From: Felis catus
Taxonomy: Eukaryota
Length of the DNA: 64,000 nucleotides
Direction of reading: 5' to 3'
Assembly: GCF_018350175.1 (NCBI RefSeq)
Contig: NC_058368.1
Span: forward strand, 15,378,001-15,442,000
Shown: in pieces, positions 39,861-53,511 of the stretch
Layout: every line of letters starts with the position of its first letter
Numbering within the stretch: the first letter of the stretch is position 1
Program-made: the position numbers and the translations under genes
The notes under the pieces: model-generated
The model's database searches: none
What the model saw: only the letters and a program-made list of their open reading frames with translations
What the model was told of the DNA's origin: nothing

Positions 39861-40382
39861 AGCTTTTTATTCACTCTCATATTAAATACAGGCTTATATA
39901 TTATTTAATAAATCATGAATAACATGACCAGTAACATTACTATGAGTAGATTTTGGAGGAAACATAACTGACTTATGTTGAGCATAGAATTCAACAAGTG
40001 GAAGGGAGAATGTACAAGCCTCCTAGGTGCTCTGCAGGAAGTAGGCATCAGTCAGTAAGTTTTACAGAAGAAAGAGACTCGGCTAACCTGGCAAGCTGGC
40101 TAAATGGTGGTCAGTTGAGAGAGCCTTTGCTGTACTGCTAAATTGCCCTTGAGAAAGTAGTACAGGTTTATACTTTCACAATGAGATTAAGAAAGTCCTC
40201 ATTTCTTACAACCACTAACTGTTTTTTAAATCTTTGGCTATTTTGAAATAGTTGAAAATAATATCCCACTGTTATTTCAATTTGCATTACTTAGATTCCT
40301 AGTGGTCATTTTTAGTACTTGTCGGCCATTTCCTGTACATTTGGGACATGTGGCTTGTTCACAGCAAGACATCTTGCGGCTT

Positions 40383-40402
40383 CTGCACCTCCTGGTGGGG
40401 CC
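40383..40402 (-). promoter_or_regulatory. CTCF-like motif
   Basis: Minus strand GGCCCCACCAGGAGGTGCAG vs consensus GGCCACCAGGGGGCGC. Confidence 0.45.
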
Positions 40403-40779
40403 GTAGGCAATGGCAGCTATAAAAAAACAGGGGTGAAAAAAGGCCTGGAGTGTCTCTGTGACTTAGACATTGTAAAGCTCAGTAGTCAATCGTGCAAGTT
40501 TGTATAATTTTCTTTCACTTTATAATGTATTAACTCTAGGACAGCTGATAAAAAAAATCATTATTTAAACTTGGACTCTGTACTAATTTTAAGTTCTAAA
40601 CTAAAAAAAAAAAAAATGAGGTCTCTCGCATGTTCCAGTTTTCTTATCCTGAAGCCTGTCATTATTCTATTATTATGAGTGTTTGCGGAGGAGAGGAGGA
40701 AAAATAGGTTACAGTTATCTCACATTTACTCTTTATAAACGGTAATTAGAAAGGTTTCATGGTTATGCTTTCAGCGTAC

Positions 40780-40945
40780 CTAATCCATTTCTTCCTCACA
40801 AAGCTTTTAAACTGCACAGTCAGGAGTGGCTTCTAACTGGTGCACAAATAAAATCAAAATAAAAATGCAGATTGAGCTATCAGCTACTTAATACCAATAA
40901 TCCTAGCAGTGCAGAACAGCAGGTGAATAATGATAGAGCCCAAAA
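40780..40945 (-). pseudogene. Candidate pseudo-exon, 166 bp
   Basis: Strong acceptor ttgtttttccttttctgccag|T, donor TAG|gtacgc; read in the phase set by the 42059 exon it gives LLGSIIIHLLFCTARIIGIK*. Confidence 0.35.
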
Positions 40946-41211
40946 CTGGCAGAAAAGGAAAAACAAGCTATATGTAATTCATCAAACTTTCCAGGATTCT
41001 TGACAACAAATCAATTCACTCTCTCAAATATTTTCTTGAGGGCTTATTTTCTTCAAGTCACTGAGGAATTAAAAAAAAATCCTGTCCTTAAGTATATAAT
41101 TTAATTTTTATACTGTATGTAAAGACTGATATATCATTTTCTAGTAGCATCTTGGAGGTACAACATGTTACCATTCAGTATATGGATATTTTGGGGTATT
41201 ATAAAATACAG

Positions 41212-41750
41212 TGTATTAACAGAAAAATTGAGGTATAGTAAGGCTGAGAGATCAAGGAGATGCTTGCCATTGAAAAGACAGTTTGTTATTCACAGTTCTC
41301 AAGAGAAGGGGGCATGCTACACCATAGTGGGCCCCACAGGGAAGCACTGGGGTTGGTCAGAAAACAGAGAGAGGGAAGAACTGTGGGCAAGAGCCTTTAC
41401 TGTGGTTTCCACGAGAAGGAACAGGTGACACAAGGAAAGAAGTTTAATACTGGCTAGTTTGAGTAATTTCAGCAGGCTCTGGGGTACAGAGGCTGTCAGT
41501 ACTTGCCTGGTACCTAGCCTTGAGGTGACAAGACAAGGAAGATACTGGCCCAGTGTGACAGCCAATAGAGGAGATGGTTGGGGTGCAGTCTCTTGATTCA
41601 TTGGTTTCTATTTAAAAAGCATGCTTTAAGGCCAGTTGTTCACTATCTCTAGGAATCAGCTCACCCTGGGAGGCGTAGCCCCTCTGGGGTCAATGAAACC
41701 CCCTATGTATAAACATCAGAATACAGAAAATAAAAGACAGAGCTAATACA
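41212..41750. mobile_element. ERVL-class solo LTR (MER76-like)
   Basis: TGTATTA...TAATACA termini; gggcaagagcctttactgtggtttcc and ggctagtttgagtaatttcagc motifs. Confidence 0.7.
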
Positions 41751-42058
41751 GTGGGCGTTCAATATTCATAATCCCACTCAGCTCTGTGTGACTTTGCAGT
41801 TCAGCCAGTTATTCCAAGCACAAGTTAGATTTCCACATTTCAGTGTGTGCACTATTTACTCAGCCCTCTGAGTCTTAGAGATGCAAACGAAAGCTTTCTG
41901 TTTACTTAAGAAGATGGATAAAAACAATAGCAGCTCTGGAACAAAAGTTAATTCTCTACATTTTCATGATACTACCCTTGCTCTAGAGAGTAGAAATTGC
42001 ATAAAATAGAATATCATTGACATGAATGCTTGAGATACATTCAGAAAACCACACTTAC

Positions 42059-42203
42059 GTGCAGCAGAAAAGAGATGGGAGAATTTTCACTTTATCTATC
42101 ATTTGCTTTTCACCACTAATTTCAAGTAAAATCACAAGCATTTCAAGAAATGCACAGGAATATTAATCTCAGGATTCACGTGGTCCACAGTAGACGCATT
42201 AGA
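42059..42203 (-). pseudogene. Candidate pseudo-exon, 145 bp, RGS helix 6-7-like
   Basis: attctctgtag|T...GCAC|gtaagtg; SNASTVDHVNPEINIPVHFLKCL*...KFSHLFSAA; PEINIP and LFSAA resemble the RGS consensus PxEVNID...FDxAQ. Confidence 0.55.
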
Positions 42204-43405
42204 CTACAGAGAATCTTAACACCCAAGAGAGAAGCTTGACAATTCCCCTTTCACCTCAGACCAAATACATGTCACTTGGGTCACAACCTATTTCCAGGAG
42301 CGTTGTCTGAAACTCTGCCTTGTGGGGAAGGTGGCTGGGGTGGGAATGGGGTGGGTGATCCAAGTGGGCATACTGCCTCATTTGTAGCCAGACCCTCAGA
42401 ATGGAGTCTCAACAAAGTAAGCTCTGTTTTAATAGCGAGGCTTCAGGAGTTTTGAAGTTACATCTTGCCATCTTGGTCATGCTTTTATGTGACAGAAGAT
42501 AAAAGAGCTGGATTTTAGAAGAGGAGTGGCACTGGGATACCCTCCCCAGAGGCTCACAGAGCTGACACGTGACCAGTGGCTTTTTGAAATCCCTGACTTA
42601 TGAATGCCAACCAGATCCAAATGTGGCTCTGGTAACTGTGGTTACAGGATTGGGAGAAATGAAAAAAAAAAAAAAAAAAAGAAAAAGAAAAAAAATACTG
42701 TGACAAGACAAACTAGGTTGCCTTATTCAAGTGAGAAAAAGAATTATAAATTTCCTATAATTTGCAACATCACACGGTGGGCTGCCCTGTGCAATGGAAA
42801 GGGGGAATCTGACATATTAGGGAGGTTGGAAACATGGTTCCTCTCTTCTGAGTGATGTGGTACAGATTCCAAATAGGGGAAAACCTGTCTAGTAAATAGA
42901 AACTGAGACCTAGATAATTTCCTCCCTATTTGTTAACTTCCAACAATAGGCAGAACGCTACCGTCTCCATGATGTGGAGGGAACAAAGGCTCATGGAGGT
43001 TAATGACAGACTCAAGGTCAAGTGCCCAACAAGAAAGGCAAACAGATCTCAATTCAGATCACAGAATCTTCTCACTACATCTTCATTGCCCTCCTGGCCA
43101 TTAGTTAGCCTATTAGAAATACCATTCCACTAGGAAGCAGAGGGTAATGCCAACTGAGATATTTAACACCCAAAGCCAGCATACTGAGAAAATATCCTAG
43201 AATTTATGAAATAATATCTATACTGATGAAAGGACAGGGCTTAAGAAAGCAACATTTAACAAGAAATATAGAGCTTGGGCAACTTCTGTTAGCAAAGGAT
43301 TAAAAAAATATTTATGGAGGATTTAAAAATATACCAGATAGAATGAAAACTCCGCTATTGGAATAAAGGGTCTCTTTATATAATGATGCGACAGTAATTA
43401 GTTAC

Positions 43406-43531
43406 CTTTCAATTCTTGTTCCAATACAGTTCTCAATCTTCCTCTTTATAGATTTTACAAAAAGCAAGAAAATTCACAGTGAAGTCAGTTATTGGTCATG
43501 AAGTTAATAGGCTCGTTTCTTTATCTTTGGT
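43406..43531 (-). pseudogene. Candidate pseudo-exon, 126 bp
   Basis: attctgttcactgttttataag|A...GAAAG|gtaact; PKIKKRAY*LHDQ*LTSL*IFLLFVKSIKRKIENCIGTRIE. Confidence 0.4.
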
Positions 43532-44106
43532 CTTATAAAACAGTGAACAGAATGGTAAAATACATGGCTAAGGCTTGAAGTCTGAGTTTACAAATTCCTT
43601 TTACATTTTTTCTTTTTTTCTAATCTTTTTGTTTCAGCCACAAAGATATTCTTTTTGCAATACCCTCATTATCTCAAGAACCTATACATTCTTGTGGCTG
43701 AGAAAAATCCACACAGACCATCATAATGGAAGAGGATGCACAACTGGTGGGTCACAGATAAATTTTGAAATGCACACACATTTTGAAATGTACAGTCCTC
43801 CTCCTCCGCTCAGCCAGGCTCCTTCAGCCACATCACAGTCAAGCAACACTGCTGTCTTAGGTCACCATTTGAAATCCTAATATAAAAGGCAAAATACAAC
43901 TTTAAAATGTTTTCTGGATTTTCTCTGCCTTTTCCCCCCCCACAATTTTTGAGGATTTAATTCTGACAGGGGAATATAATGGAAGAACTGACTACGGTTG
44001 AACACATCTAGGAAATATATTTTGCAGAATCCAATCTTCGCAGAGATTACATGGCTCAATTCTTTTTCATCAATCATCTTATTCATTTAAAAATTTTTCT
44101 AAATTG

Positions 44107-44325
44107 GGACACCTGGGTGGCTCAGTAGGTTGAGCGTCTGACTTCAGCTTGGGTCATGATCTCATGGTTCATGGATTCGCGCCCCGTGTTGGGCTCTGTG
44201 CTGACAGCTCAGAGCCTGGAGCCTGCTTCGGATTCTGTGTGTCCCTCTCTCTCTGCCCCTCCCCTGCTCATGCTCTCTCTCTCTCTCTCTCTTTTTCAAA
44301 AATAAATAAACATTAATTTTTTTTA
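44107..44325 (+). mobile_element. Can-SINE
   Basis: TSD ttttctaaattgg. Confidence 0.9.
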
Positions 44326-45435
44326 AATTTTCTAAATTGGCCTATTTATTTGTCTTCTTTTTACTCTAAACTAAAATTCTTAAGTTTTAAGTATTTATAT
44401 TAGCATTTTTGTTCTCATATTCAAAATATGAAAGTCTTGAGATTTATTACAGAAAAAAAACTGGTAAAAGCTAGACAGCACACAAAAATACTACCACAGA
44501 ATGCAGACTCATACTCTGAGAAAATCTGTGAGGGCTCAAAGGTATATTATTTAAGCCTCCTATACTGGAAAAAAAAAATTCTCTTGTTATTTGAAGACAG
44601 TCCTTAAAGGACTCAGAAATCAAGAAAGAAAATTGATAAATTAAGGCAGGCAAAAAAGGGGTCCTAAATAAGTATGATTAAAATTTTGGGGAGAAAGTAT
44701 ACATTCAGTGTCAAGGACGATGCCCTAGCTTCTTTAGATTATTATAGAATTACTTAACAGGATGGCTCGAGGCTTTTGTAGCTAGAATAGATTTCCAGAC
44801 AGTATGTTGTAAGAAACCATGCTATTCTGGCACATACAAGGACCAGATGATCTGTTAAGTCTTCCCACCATTTAACTTCTCTAATACCATGATGTGCAGG
44901 TGTATAAAACCCTTATATAAACTTCTGGGCATTGCAAGGTATTCTGAAAGAAGGAGGAGAGAGAAGAGCTCCATTGATCTCAAGGAAACTCGTGTCTGCA
45001 CATATTTCAACACCAAAGCAATTTCTAGCTTTATGCCAAAATGGATTAGGTTTTAGTCACATCTATAAATTCTCTGAAGAGGCTGAGGATTATAGTGGTT
45101 TAGAGTCCTTTAAAATTACTGAGAGCAGAAACAGATTGGAGGGGGAAAAAAAAAGAAAGAAAAGAAAAGGTAGATAATTCTGGGAAAAGGGTCTTTGGCC
45201 ACCACAGCCCCTAGGGCTCTGACTCAGTCCCTCTGGCCAGGCAGGTGATGAAACTGGTGCTAGTGGGTTGGCTGCAAATTAATTCTACATTATTCCATAC
45301 ACAGATCTGATCTCGTATATATTTTTTCCTGCATTTGTGGAAAAAAGACATCATTTTCTGAAAACCTGTTTACAGCAAATCAAGAGTAATCCAAATACAT
45401 TTTTAAATTACACAAATAAAAATAATCAGATTCAC

Positions 45436-45675
45436 CCTAATGCCCCAAATCATTTTGGGCTCTCTAAGAAGATGAAGGCCTTATCCATTTCAGGGCTGGA
45501 CTTGACTTTGCTGTCGAGTCGTAAATCCTTTTGCAATGACCCATCCAGAAATCACTTTTGCGTCTGAAATCTCAGTACTTGGGCTTATTCTTCTAAGATC
45601 ATCAGGCTATTGGTAAGCTCTTTAACTGTCTCAACATTTAGCTTTTGAAAATCACTTTTAAATCACCCATCACCA
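45436..45675 (-). pseudogene. Candidate pseudo-exon, 240 bp
   Basis: ctttctgtgttccttcataatcag|T...AGG|gtgaat; 3n length; several stops; no recognisable motif. Confidence 0.3.
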
Positions 45676-45794
45676 CTGATTATGAAGGAACACAGAAAGG
45701 GGCCTGGCCTGACCTCAGGTCAGTATCAAAGCTGTAAGGGGTCAGGTCAGGCCAATAGCCCTGCAGACTCTAATCTCAGAAAGTTGTTTCTATA

Positions 45795-46006
45795 ATTTTT
45801 TTTATGTTTTTATTTTATTTTTGAGAGAGAGACACACACAGCGAGAGCAGGGGAGGGGCAGAGAGAGATGGAGACAGAATCCGAAGCAGGCTCCAGGCTC
45901 TGAGCTGTCAGCGCAGAGCCCGACGTGGGGCTCAAACTCACAGACTGCAAGATCATGACTTGAGCCGAAGTTGGATGCTCAACTGACTGAGCCACCCAAG
46001 CACCCC
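45795..46006 (-). mobile_element. Can-SINE
   Basis: Reverse SINE. Confidence 0.9.
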
Positions 46007-46229
46007 AACGGAAGGTTATTTCTTTAAAGCCAATTCTACAGACGTCATTTGGACAGATCTTGAGTTCCCTCATCTCTATTTTTTTTAATAGACTTGGGAT
46101 TTAAAGGTAAAACAGGTTAAATGCTTGACTTATATTGGGATAATACCAATGGAGGTAGCTAAATAGATGATTATTTCAAACTGAGGTCTTTTTCCAAGTG
46201 CATAATTTAAAAATAATGACATGGGCATG

Positions 46230-46380
46230 TCCCACGTCTCTAAAGTAAGGGTAAATACATATATTTCAGAGAAGTCATGAACCCACTGAAATTGCACTTA
46301 AAATTTTACACATATTGACTATGTGCAATTTTCATCAAAAACTCAAAGAGCTCTCTAGCTCCAGAGTTAAGAACCACTGC
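46230..46380. mobile_element. hAT-Charlie MITE fragment (MER103-like)
   Basis: Terminus gttaagaaccactg. Confidence 0.5.
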
Positions 46381-46899
46381 TCTGAGGGACCAGTAGCTTC
46401 CCAAACAAATAACGGTATCATTTAATTCCGTTCTGCAAATAATAACTGAGTCATCTCTTTGCTGGATACTTTGCTACCTAGTGAAGACACAAACGTGAAT
46501 AGGAAGGGAAAGTAGTTTATTAAACTCCTCCTGCATGTCACACCCACGCCCACGGCATTTCTTATACTCATCTTCTTTAGTGCTCACACAAATCTTAGGG
46601 ATTAATTATAATTATATGGAATAATTTGTAGATATGGAAGTCACCTGCCCGAAGTCATAAAGTGTAAGAGGTGGAGCAAGGACTCAACATTAACTTGATC
46701 TGAATCGTCCATGCTTGCTGGATCCACCGTGACTTTCTGATGATATAATACAAGGCAGAACAAACGCACCAAGTGCTGAATAAATGCAAGCAACCTGCCA
46801 CTTCCAAAAAGATCTCTTTTTCCCACCCCTTTCTATCTCTGCCTTTACCACTCTAATCACAGTCATTATATGTTTCCTCTGGATGAGGCAACAGTGCTG

Positions 46900-47543
46900 A
46901 TTTTTTTTTAATTATTAAAGCATATATATCTTTTTTTAAAATTTACATCCAAATTAGTTAGCGTATAGTGCAACAGTGATTTCAGTAGATTCCTTTGTGC
47001 CCCTTACCCATTTAGCCCATCCCCCGCTCCCATACCCCTCCAGTAACCCTTTGTTTGTTTTCCATATTTATGAGTCTCTTCTGTTTTGTCCCCCTCCCTG
47101 TTTTTATATGATTTTTGTTTCCCTTCCCTTATGTTCATCTGTTTTGTCTCTTAAAGTCCTCGCATGAGTGAAGTCATATGATATTTGTCTTTCTCTGACT
47201 GACTGATTTCACTTAGCATAATACCCTCCAGTTCCATCCACATAGTTGCAAATGGCAAAATTTCATTCTGTTTGACTGCTGAGTAATACTCCATTGTGTG
47301 TATATACCACATCTTCTTTATCCATTCATCCATCGATGGACATTTGGGCTCTTTCCATACTTTGGCTATTGTTGATAGTGCTGCTATAAACATGGGGGTG
47401 CATGTGTCCCTTTGAAACAGCACATCTGTATCCCTTGGATACATGCCTAGTAGTGCAATTGCTGGATTGTGGGGTAGTTCTACTTTTAGTTTTTTGAGGA
47501 ACCTTCATACTGTTTTCCAGAGTGGCTGCACCAGCTTGCATTC
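46900..47543 (-). mobile_element. Felid L1 3' end (copy A)
   Basis: ORF2 C-terminus [18 protein letters not shown]...; TSD aacagtgc. Confidence 0.95.
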
Positions 47544-48084
47544 ATAACAGTGCCTTTTTTATGTGGTTTCTCTGTTTCCACCCTTGCTGGGTCTAGGGCT
47601 GTTCTCCACATAGAAGCCAAGGCGATCTTTCTAACATATCATGTCACATCCTGGCCTAAAACCTGCAGTGAGTTCCTACTGAGGATAGTAGGGATCATTT
47701 ATTATTATTACCCTTAGACCAGGCAAGCAAGATCCTCAGAGTGCCCCTACAGTTTGGGGTGCCTTCCCCAAAAGTTTGTAAGAACCCCACAAATTCCCGA
47801 GACCAGTGGGGGCCAACAGACATCAGGGTGGGATGATCCTAGCCCAGAGACTTATGTGGGCACTGGTCCCATTTTCTCTCCCTTGGGAGTATTCTCCAAC
47901 AGGCCTACATGATTGTCCTGAGCTGGTGCTGACCAGATTTCAGAAGCGGGGACCTGGGGTGACAGGATCCTCCCACTGGTCAATATGTTTTTTCTTCTAA
48001 GAGATCTTGCAAGACTGGATTGTCAGAATAGTGCTGGCATGCTGATTTGGGGGTGACACTCACATGGGACATAGGACAGGTCTA

Positions 48085-48490
48085 GGGCTGTGTGGCTTAA
48101 AACAACACAAATTTATTATCTTGTAGTTCTATAAGTCAGAAGTCTAAAAAGTTCACAGGGCTGCACTCCTTTGGAGGCTCTAAGAAAGAATCTGTTTTCT
48201 TGCTTTTTTCAGCTTGTAGAGTCTACCTATATTACTTGACATGAGGTCTTTTCCTCCATCTTCTAACCAGGAGTAGCATAGCGGCTTCTCTCCTCTTGAT
48301 CTCCTTCCCTCTTTAGGACCTGTGTGATTACATCAGGTCCACTTGGATAATCCAGGATCTCCTCCATATTTCAAGATCCTTAACTTATTCACATCTGCAA
48401 AGTCCCGTTTGCAATATAAAGTAACACAGTCACAAATTATGAGTATTAGGATGTGGACATCTGTGGAAGGCTATTATTCAATTTACCACA
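48085..48490 (-). mobile_element. MLT1-type MaLR LTR
   Basis: ggcttaaaacaacacaaatttattatc...ggatgtggacatct...taccaca. Confidence 0.8.
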
Positions 48491-48819
48491 ACTCTGTACT
48501 ACCTACAGTCCACTGCCCACCCCTGTGGTCAGGCTCATGTGAGGAGGTCAGCCCTTGCCTATTCGTGTTCACACCAAGGTACTGCTTCTGGTCTATAGCA
48601 CCTGAGGACAGTGGGGTTGGTGACAGTTGTCCTTTGCTCTGTCAGCCACTCTAAAGATAATAGCTTAGTCATCAACCTCCAACCTACCTCTGCGCAAGAA
48701 CTATGCGTGTAGCTCTGACACAGCTCTATGGTGGCATTCTCTTAGGCTGCTTCACTAAAGTGAATTGTTTCGAAACTTACCAGATTACCTCCTCGCCTCC
48801 CAAAATACTACTAATAATA

Positions 48820-49640
48820 ATTCATAGTACTAAACACCTAATTTGAAAAGAAAAATCATAAAGCTTTTTAGAAGAGACTATAAGATGTATCTCTATGACT
48901 TTCAGATGGGGAGAAGTTGCTTATACAAGACACAAATATCACTCACTGTGGGGAAAAGCTACTCAATTTGACATAAGAACATTTCCTCATTGAGAGGCCA
49001 TAAAAGGATTGAAAAGATAAGCCATAGAGTAGGAGAAGATTCTTGCAACATGTATAATAGACAAAGGATTAGTATGCAGAATATATAAAGATTTGTATAA
49101 AAGAGAAAGAACAGATGACCCAATTTTTTAAAATATCCAAAATTCTTGAACCGGTTCTTCACCTGAAAGCATTCTCAGTAATCATTTACATAAAAATGTA
49201 CTCAACTTCATCAGTAATCAGGCAAACCCAAATTAATACCACAAGAGGACACCATAACATACTTACGAAATTAGCAAATATAAAAAAATATCTGAAAACA
49301 TTTGATGTTTGTGTTTGTGTGAATGTAGACCATCAGATACTCTTATTTACTGCTGGTGGGAAGGTAAATGGGAACCACCACTTTGGAAAACAGAGTGGTG
49401 TTATCTAGTAAACTGCAAGATAGAAAGACAATATAACCCAGTTATTCCATGTTAGGTTTATTCTCTGGAGATACATGTGTTTACGTGCAGGACAATACAT
49501 GCATATTGTATGCATATGTATGCTCATAGTAGCTTAGTTTGTAATTTCCCCAAATGAGAAACAACCCAAATGTCCATTAATAGAATGGACATATAATAAT
49601 ACACCCAGTGGGACACTATACAACAATAAAAATGCTCAGT
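48820..49640 (+). mobile_element. Ancient L1ME-like ORF2 3' fragment
   Basis: actgctggtgggaaggtaaatggg...cactttggaaaa; caacccaaatgtcca. Confidence 0.75.
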
Positions 49641-50494
49641 CACTCATGCCATTCAACATCTATTGAACTTCTTTATTCTAAGCACTGAGGCAGGAAGTCA
49701 AAATAAATTAAAACAGGCCCTCTCCTAGAAAAAGCATCTGGGTGTGGGGTGGGGAGGGAAGCAAACAGAAACTTACAATTCACTGTGATATTAGTGAAGC
49801 ACTACACTCAAAAAGAATGCTTTGTAGATTTACCACACCATATCTTTTCCTCCCTCTTCTAGCTAGAAATAAACAAACAAACAAACAAATAAATAAATAA
49901 AATTGCCTTTCTGTTCATTTTTCTCTTTGAAATTAAAACCGAATCAAGCTGAGGAGATATACATATAGTATACTGGGGGAAAGAAAATGGTAAATTACAA
50001 CAGCAAGAACAAATGCTAATGGCTTAAATCCCATGGACTTTCAGAGTAATTTCGATGTTGTCTAATGACCAGACATAACCATGCCTCTCTGGAGCAACTG
50101 CTTGGCATTTAATCTTATAGGTTCTGTAAACTGTGAAACTAATCAGGTCTCTTATGAAATGGATCCTAGATGATTAGAATTAAATTTGTGTCCACCCCAC
50201 AAGCACAGATAATGCATTTTTATAAGTCGTATTCCTTGACCTCTGTTCTTCCCTCTTCCTTCTCATCTCCTTCTAATGTACCTCATTGCATTCTATTACT
50301 TACATTTTATGTGTAAAGGCCGGAATAAATCCTTTCTGGAGAAGCTAGGGGATGGATGAATGAGGAGGATAGGATAAGATAAAATAGGATAAGATAACTG
50401 TCTCATCTCTCTTAAAGAACCAGCAGGTGTTTTAAGGGAGGAGATTATGTATTATTCATCTCTATTTCCCAGCACAAAGCCAGACACAGAGTTG

Positions 50495-50790
50495 GTGTTT
50501 TAGTCAGCTTTCCCTAGATTATGCTGCAGGATAAATAAGCTCAAAATATCAATAGTTTAAACAACAAATATTTATTTCTTATTTATGGTAAATGTGCTCT
50601 TCAGGTCAGCTGGGCCCTGCTAGGCTTGGCACCGTGTGTCTTCTCATTCTGGCATCTTGGCTAAAGAAGCCAAGACTAAGACATAGTACCAGCAGCCAGC
50701 TTCAGCCACGCCAAGCAATGGCATTTAAATCTTCTGTTCGATCACGGCAAAGGTCATGGTGACTGGTAACTCCCATTGGTCAAAGCATGC
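50495..50790 (-). mobile_element. Old MLT1-type LTR fragment
   Basis: tagtcagctt...tttaaacaacaaatatttatttctt...cccattggtcaaagca. Confidence 0.55.
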
Positions 50791-51597
50791 CAGTGGAGAG
50801 TAATTGTGAACTGCTGGTGTTCAGTAAATGTTTGCTAAATGAGTGTTGCAATCATTACTGTGGTAGTTTCGCTACCTCACAATACATGGTGAGGTTCCTG
50901 AGCCATGAGCATCTGCTGTCGGGTAAACACCCTCTCCCCTGCCCCTGGAGTTGTCTTACAGAATATGAGGTCCAGAAGGATGATTCCAGACAGTTAGTTA
51001 GAGCAAAGTATTTTCTCTATTCCCTCATAGCTCAATGAGCAGAACCAATGAAAAGTGAGACAGAGGAGTTCACTGGCAAATTAATTCTTCATCTTTTAGA
51101 ACAAACTTCAGTGTGCATAAGAATCACCTGGGGAGCTTGTTAAAAAATATAGATTTCCACTGATATTGAATCTGTGAGACCAGGAGCTTATACTTCTAGG
51201 CTCACCATGTAGTTCTGAAGCACAGCATGGTGTGGGAGCCTTGCTTAGAAGCCAGGAGCAACTTGGGCCTTGGATGCACAAAACATCTTCTCAGGCCCTG
51301 CCACACTTGAACCTCAGGAAGGAGCAGCTTTATCTTTCCCAGCCCTCACTGCCCTCTACTGCAAGGAGGCATGTGGAGAAGAGCCAGGCCCCAACTCCTC
51401 TGGGCCACCCTCGTACCCGAGCATTCTCCGTCACCCTGAAATTGCATGACTGTGTGGATCCAGGTCTGTGAGCAACCGCCTGAGAGCTGGGAACTTGTCT
51501 GGTTTGCCTGTACATCCCCAGTGCCAACCCCAAACTTAAACTGCGTAAATGCTTACTGGATAAACTAATCAATCTCATTAGTGATCCCTATCTATCA

Positions 51598-51789
51598 CAG
51601 CAAGAGTCCTCGAACTCCAGCGCATGGAGAATGAGCTGGAGGACTTGTTCACAGGTCCTTGGCTTCACCCCCAGAGTTCTTGGTTTACCAGATCTGGGGA
51701 GGAGCCAAGAACTTACACTTCTAACAAGCTCCCAGGTGATGGCCACACGCTGCCACTGGTGGTGCAGGCTCATACCTGGAGAACCCCTG
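51598..51789. mobile_element. MER5A-like hAT MITE
   Basis: ttctaacaagctcccaggtgatg...ggagaacccctg. Confidence 0.7.
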
Positions 51790-51996
51790 CATTAGAGTTC
51801 TTTACTTTAGCTTTTTCTGTCTGTAAAATTAGAAGAAAGGGACCTGCTCAAAAGGCTTGACAATAGCTTTTAGAATCATGTAACACTCTGCCATGGCTCT
51901 AAGTGTCCAATCGCATCAGTCCACAAACTTATATGTGACAAAATCTCTCTTTAGTACTCTATTACTGAATTCACTTTCATTCAAAAAGGTCCCTGA

Positions 51997-52210
51997 GGGG
52001 GGTGCCTGCATGGCTTAGTTGGTTAAGCGTCCAGCTTCGGCTCAGGTCATGATCTGAGTTTGTAAGTTCGAGCCCCGGGTCGGGCTCTGTGCTGACAGAT
52101 TGTCTCCCTCTCTCTCTCTGCCCCTCCCCTGCTCATGCTCTGTCTGTCTGTCTCTCTTTCAAAAACAAATAAACATTCAAAAAAATTTTTTTTAATTATA
52201 AAAAAAAAGA
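51997..52210 (+). mobile_element. Can-SINE (internal deletion)
   Basis: TSD gtccc(t/c)gaggg. Confidence 0.9.
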
Positions 52211-52957
52211 AGTCCCCGAGGGCAGGAAGCTTTGGCCCCTGTTGCATCCCAAGAACAGTCTTGACACATAGCTGGTTGCCTTATAAATGTTCTTTGAATA
52301 GATGAATGAGTGATGCCAGCAGTATCCACTGGTCTTCATGCCTCACTTGCTCTAGGGGTCATGCTACGCCTTGCTGCTCCTGTCAGCAATGACCCTGGAG
52401 GGTGTGCTTTTTGATACATTCTTTTGGCAAGGGTGAAACCTCACTCTTGCTCTCCTCAGCCTGGCACACAGCCCTCAGTAGGAAAGACGCTGCTTCTCTG
52501 CTCTCAGAGATCATGGTGGAAAATCTCTAATTCTCCAGCTTTTTTTTCTTTGGAAAAAGAGTAAATAAAAAATGAAGTACAACTATTATGAATCAAAAGG
52601 CTTTGGCTTTTAATTCATTGTTTTGGCTTTGAATTTCATGCACCTCATTTGGAACTCAAAGCAAAAAATTTGACCCTTTGTTAACAATAGGTATTTTTCT
52701 CTCCTTGTAGAGCAAGGGCCTCAGCCTTACTTTTAGAATAAGCAAATGGCCTTACATCTGTTTTAGGGCTATAAGAAGTAAAAGGAATAAAAGAAGAATG
52801 CATCAATTAGTATTTCAAAATAGTATGCAGCTATGTTTTGTTTTGCTTATATTACAGAAGCACATAGTATACAGTATCATCATCATACTATATGATCATA
52901 TTACCATCATTAAAACAAAACCAAATCCCATTAAAAAATTTTGTGTACATAACTTAC

Positions 52958-53184
52958 ACACCTTTTGAAGAAGATATATTAACGTCATCTAGCACCACGG
53001 GGTATCCACCCATTCTTTGCCAAGCTTTGCTGGTGAAGCCTGGGGCTCGGAAGGAAAGTTCACAAACCCATTAAACAAACTCATTCATTTCTACTCAAGG
53101 GAATATTCTGTCAAGAAGCCCCCAGTCACAGCCTGCCCTGTGGCAGCTCATCACAAGTAACCTTCTCAGAAACATAGGTTTGCT
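52958..53184 (-). pseudogene. Candidate pseudo-exon, 227 bp
   Basis: tttttgtttttcctaacatcag|A...GGTGT|gtaagtt; contains QAVTGGFLTEY, loosely like the AGxxFxx start of an RGS22/RGSL1 domain; stops present. Confidence 0.45.
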
Positions 53185-53511
53185 CTGATGTTAGGAAAAA
53201 CAAAAACTGGTAACAAAGGAACATACCTCCTGTTACCATCTCAATCCTGCTGTTATTAGCTCAGACAAAAGAAATTCAGGGCACAGACCAAGAGAGCTTG
53301 TAAGAAACAGGATGAGAGAGGTACTTTGAAATATGGGCGCACTGGTGTGGCCGGCTTCTGCTCATCCCCCAGAATGCCTACATCATAGGTATCAGGAGCA
53401 CTGGGCAGCTCTGTAAGGCACTGACATGAGATGATGGAGGAAAGAAGGCACTATTTAGTGTTTATCACATACCAGAGTTATTTAAGCACTCTGCAGACAT
53501 GATCTTATTTC

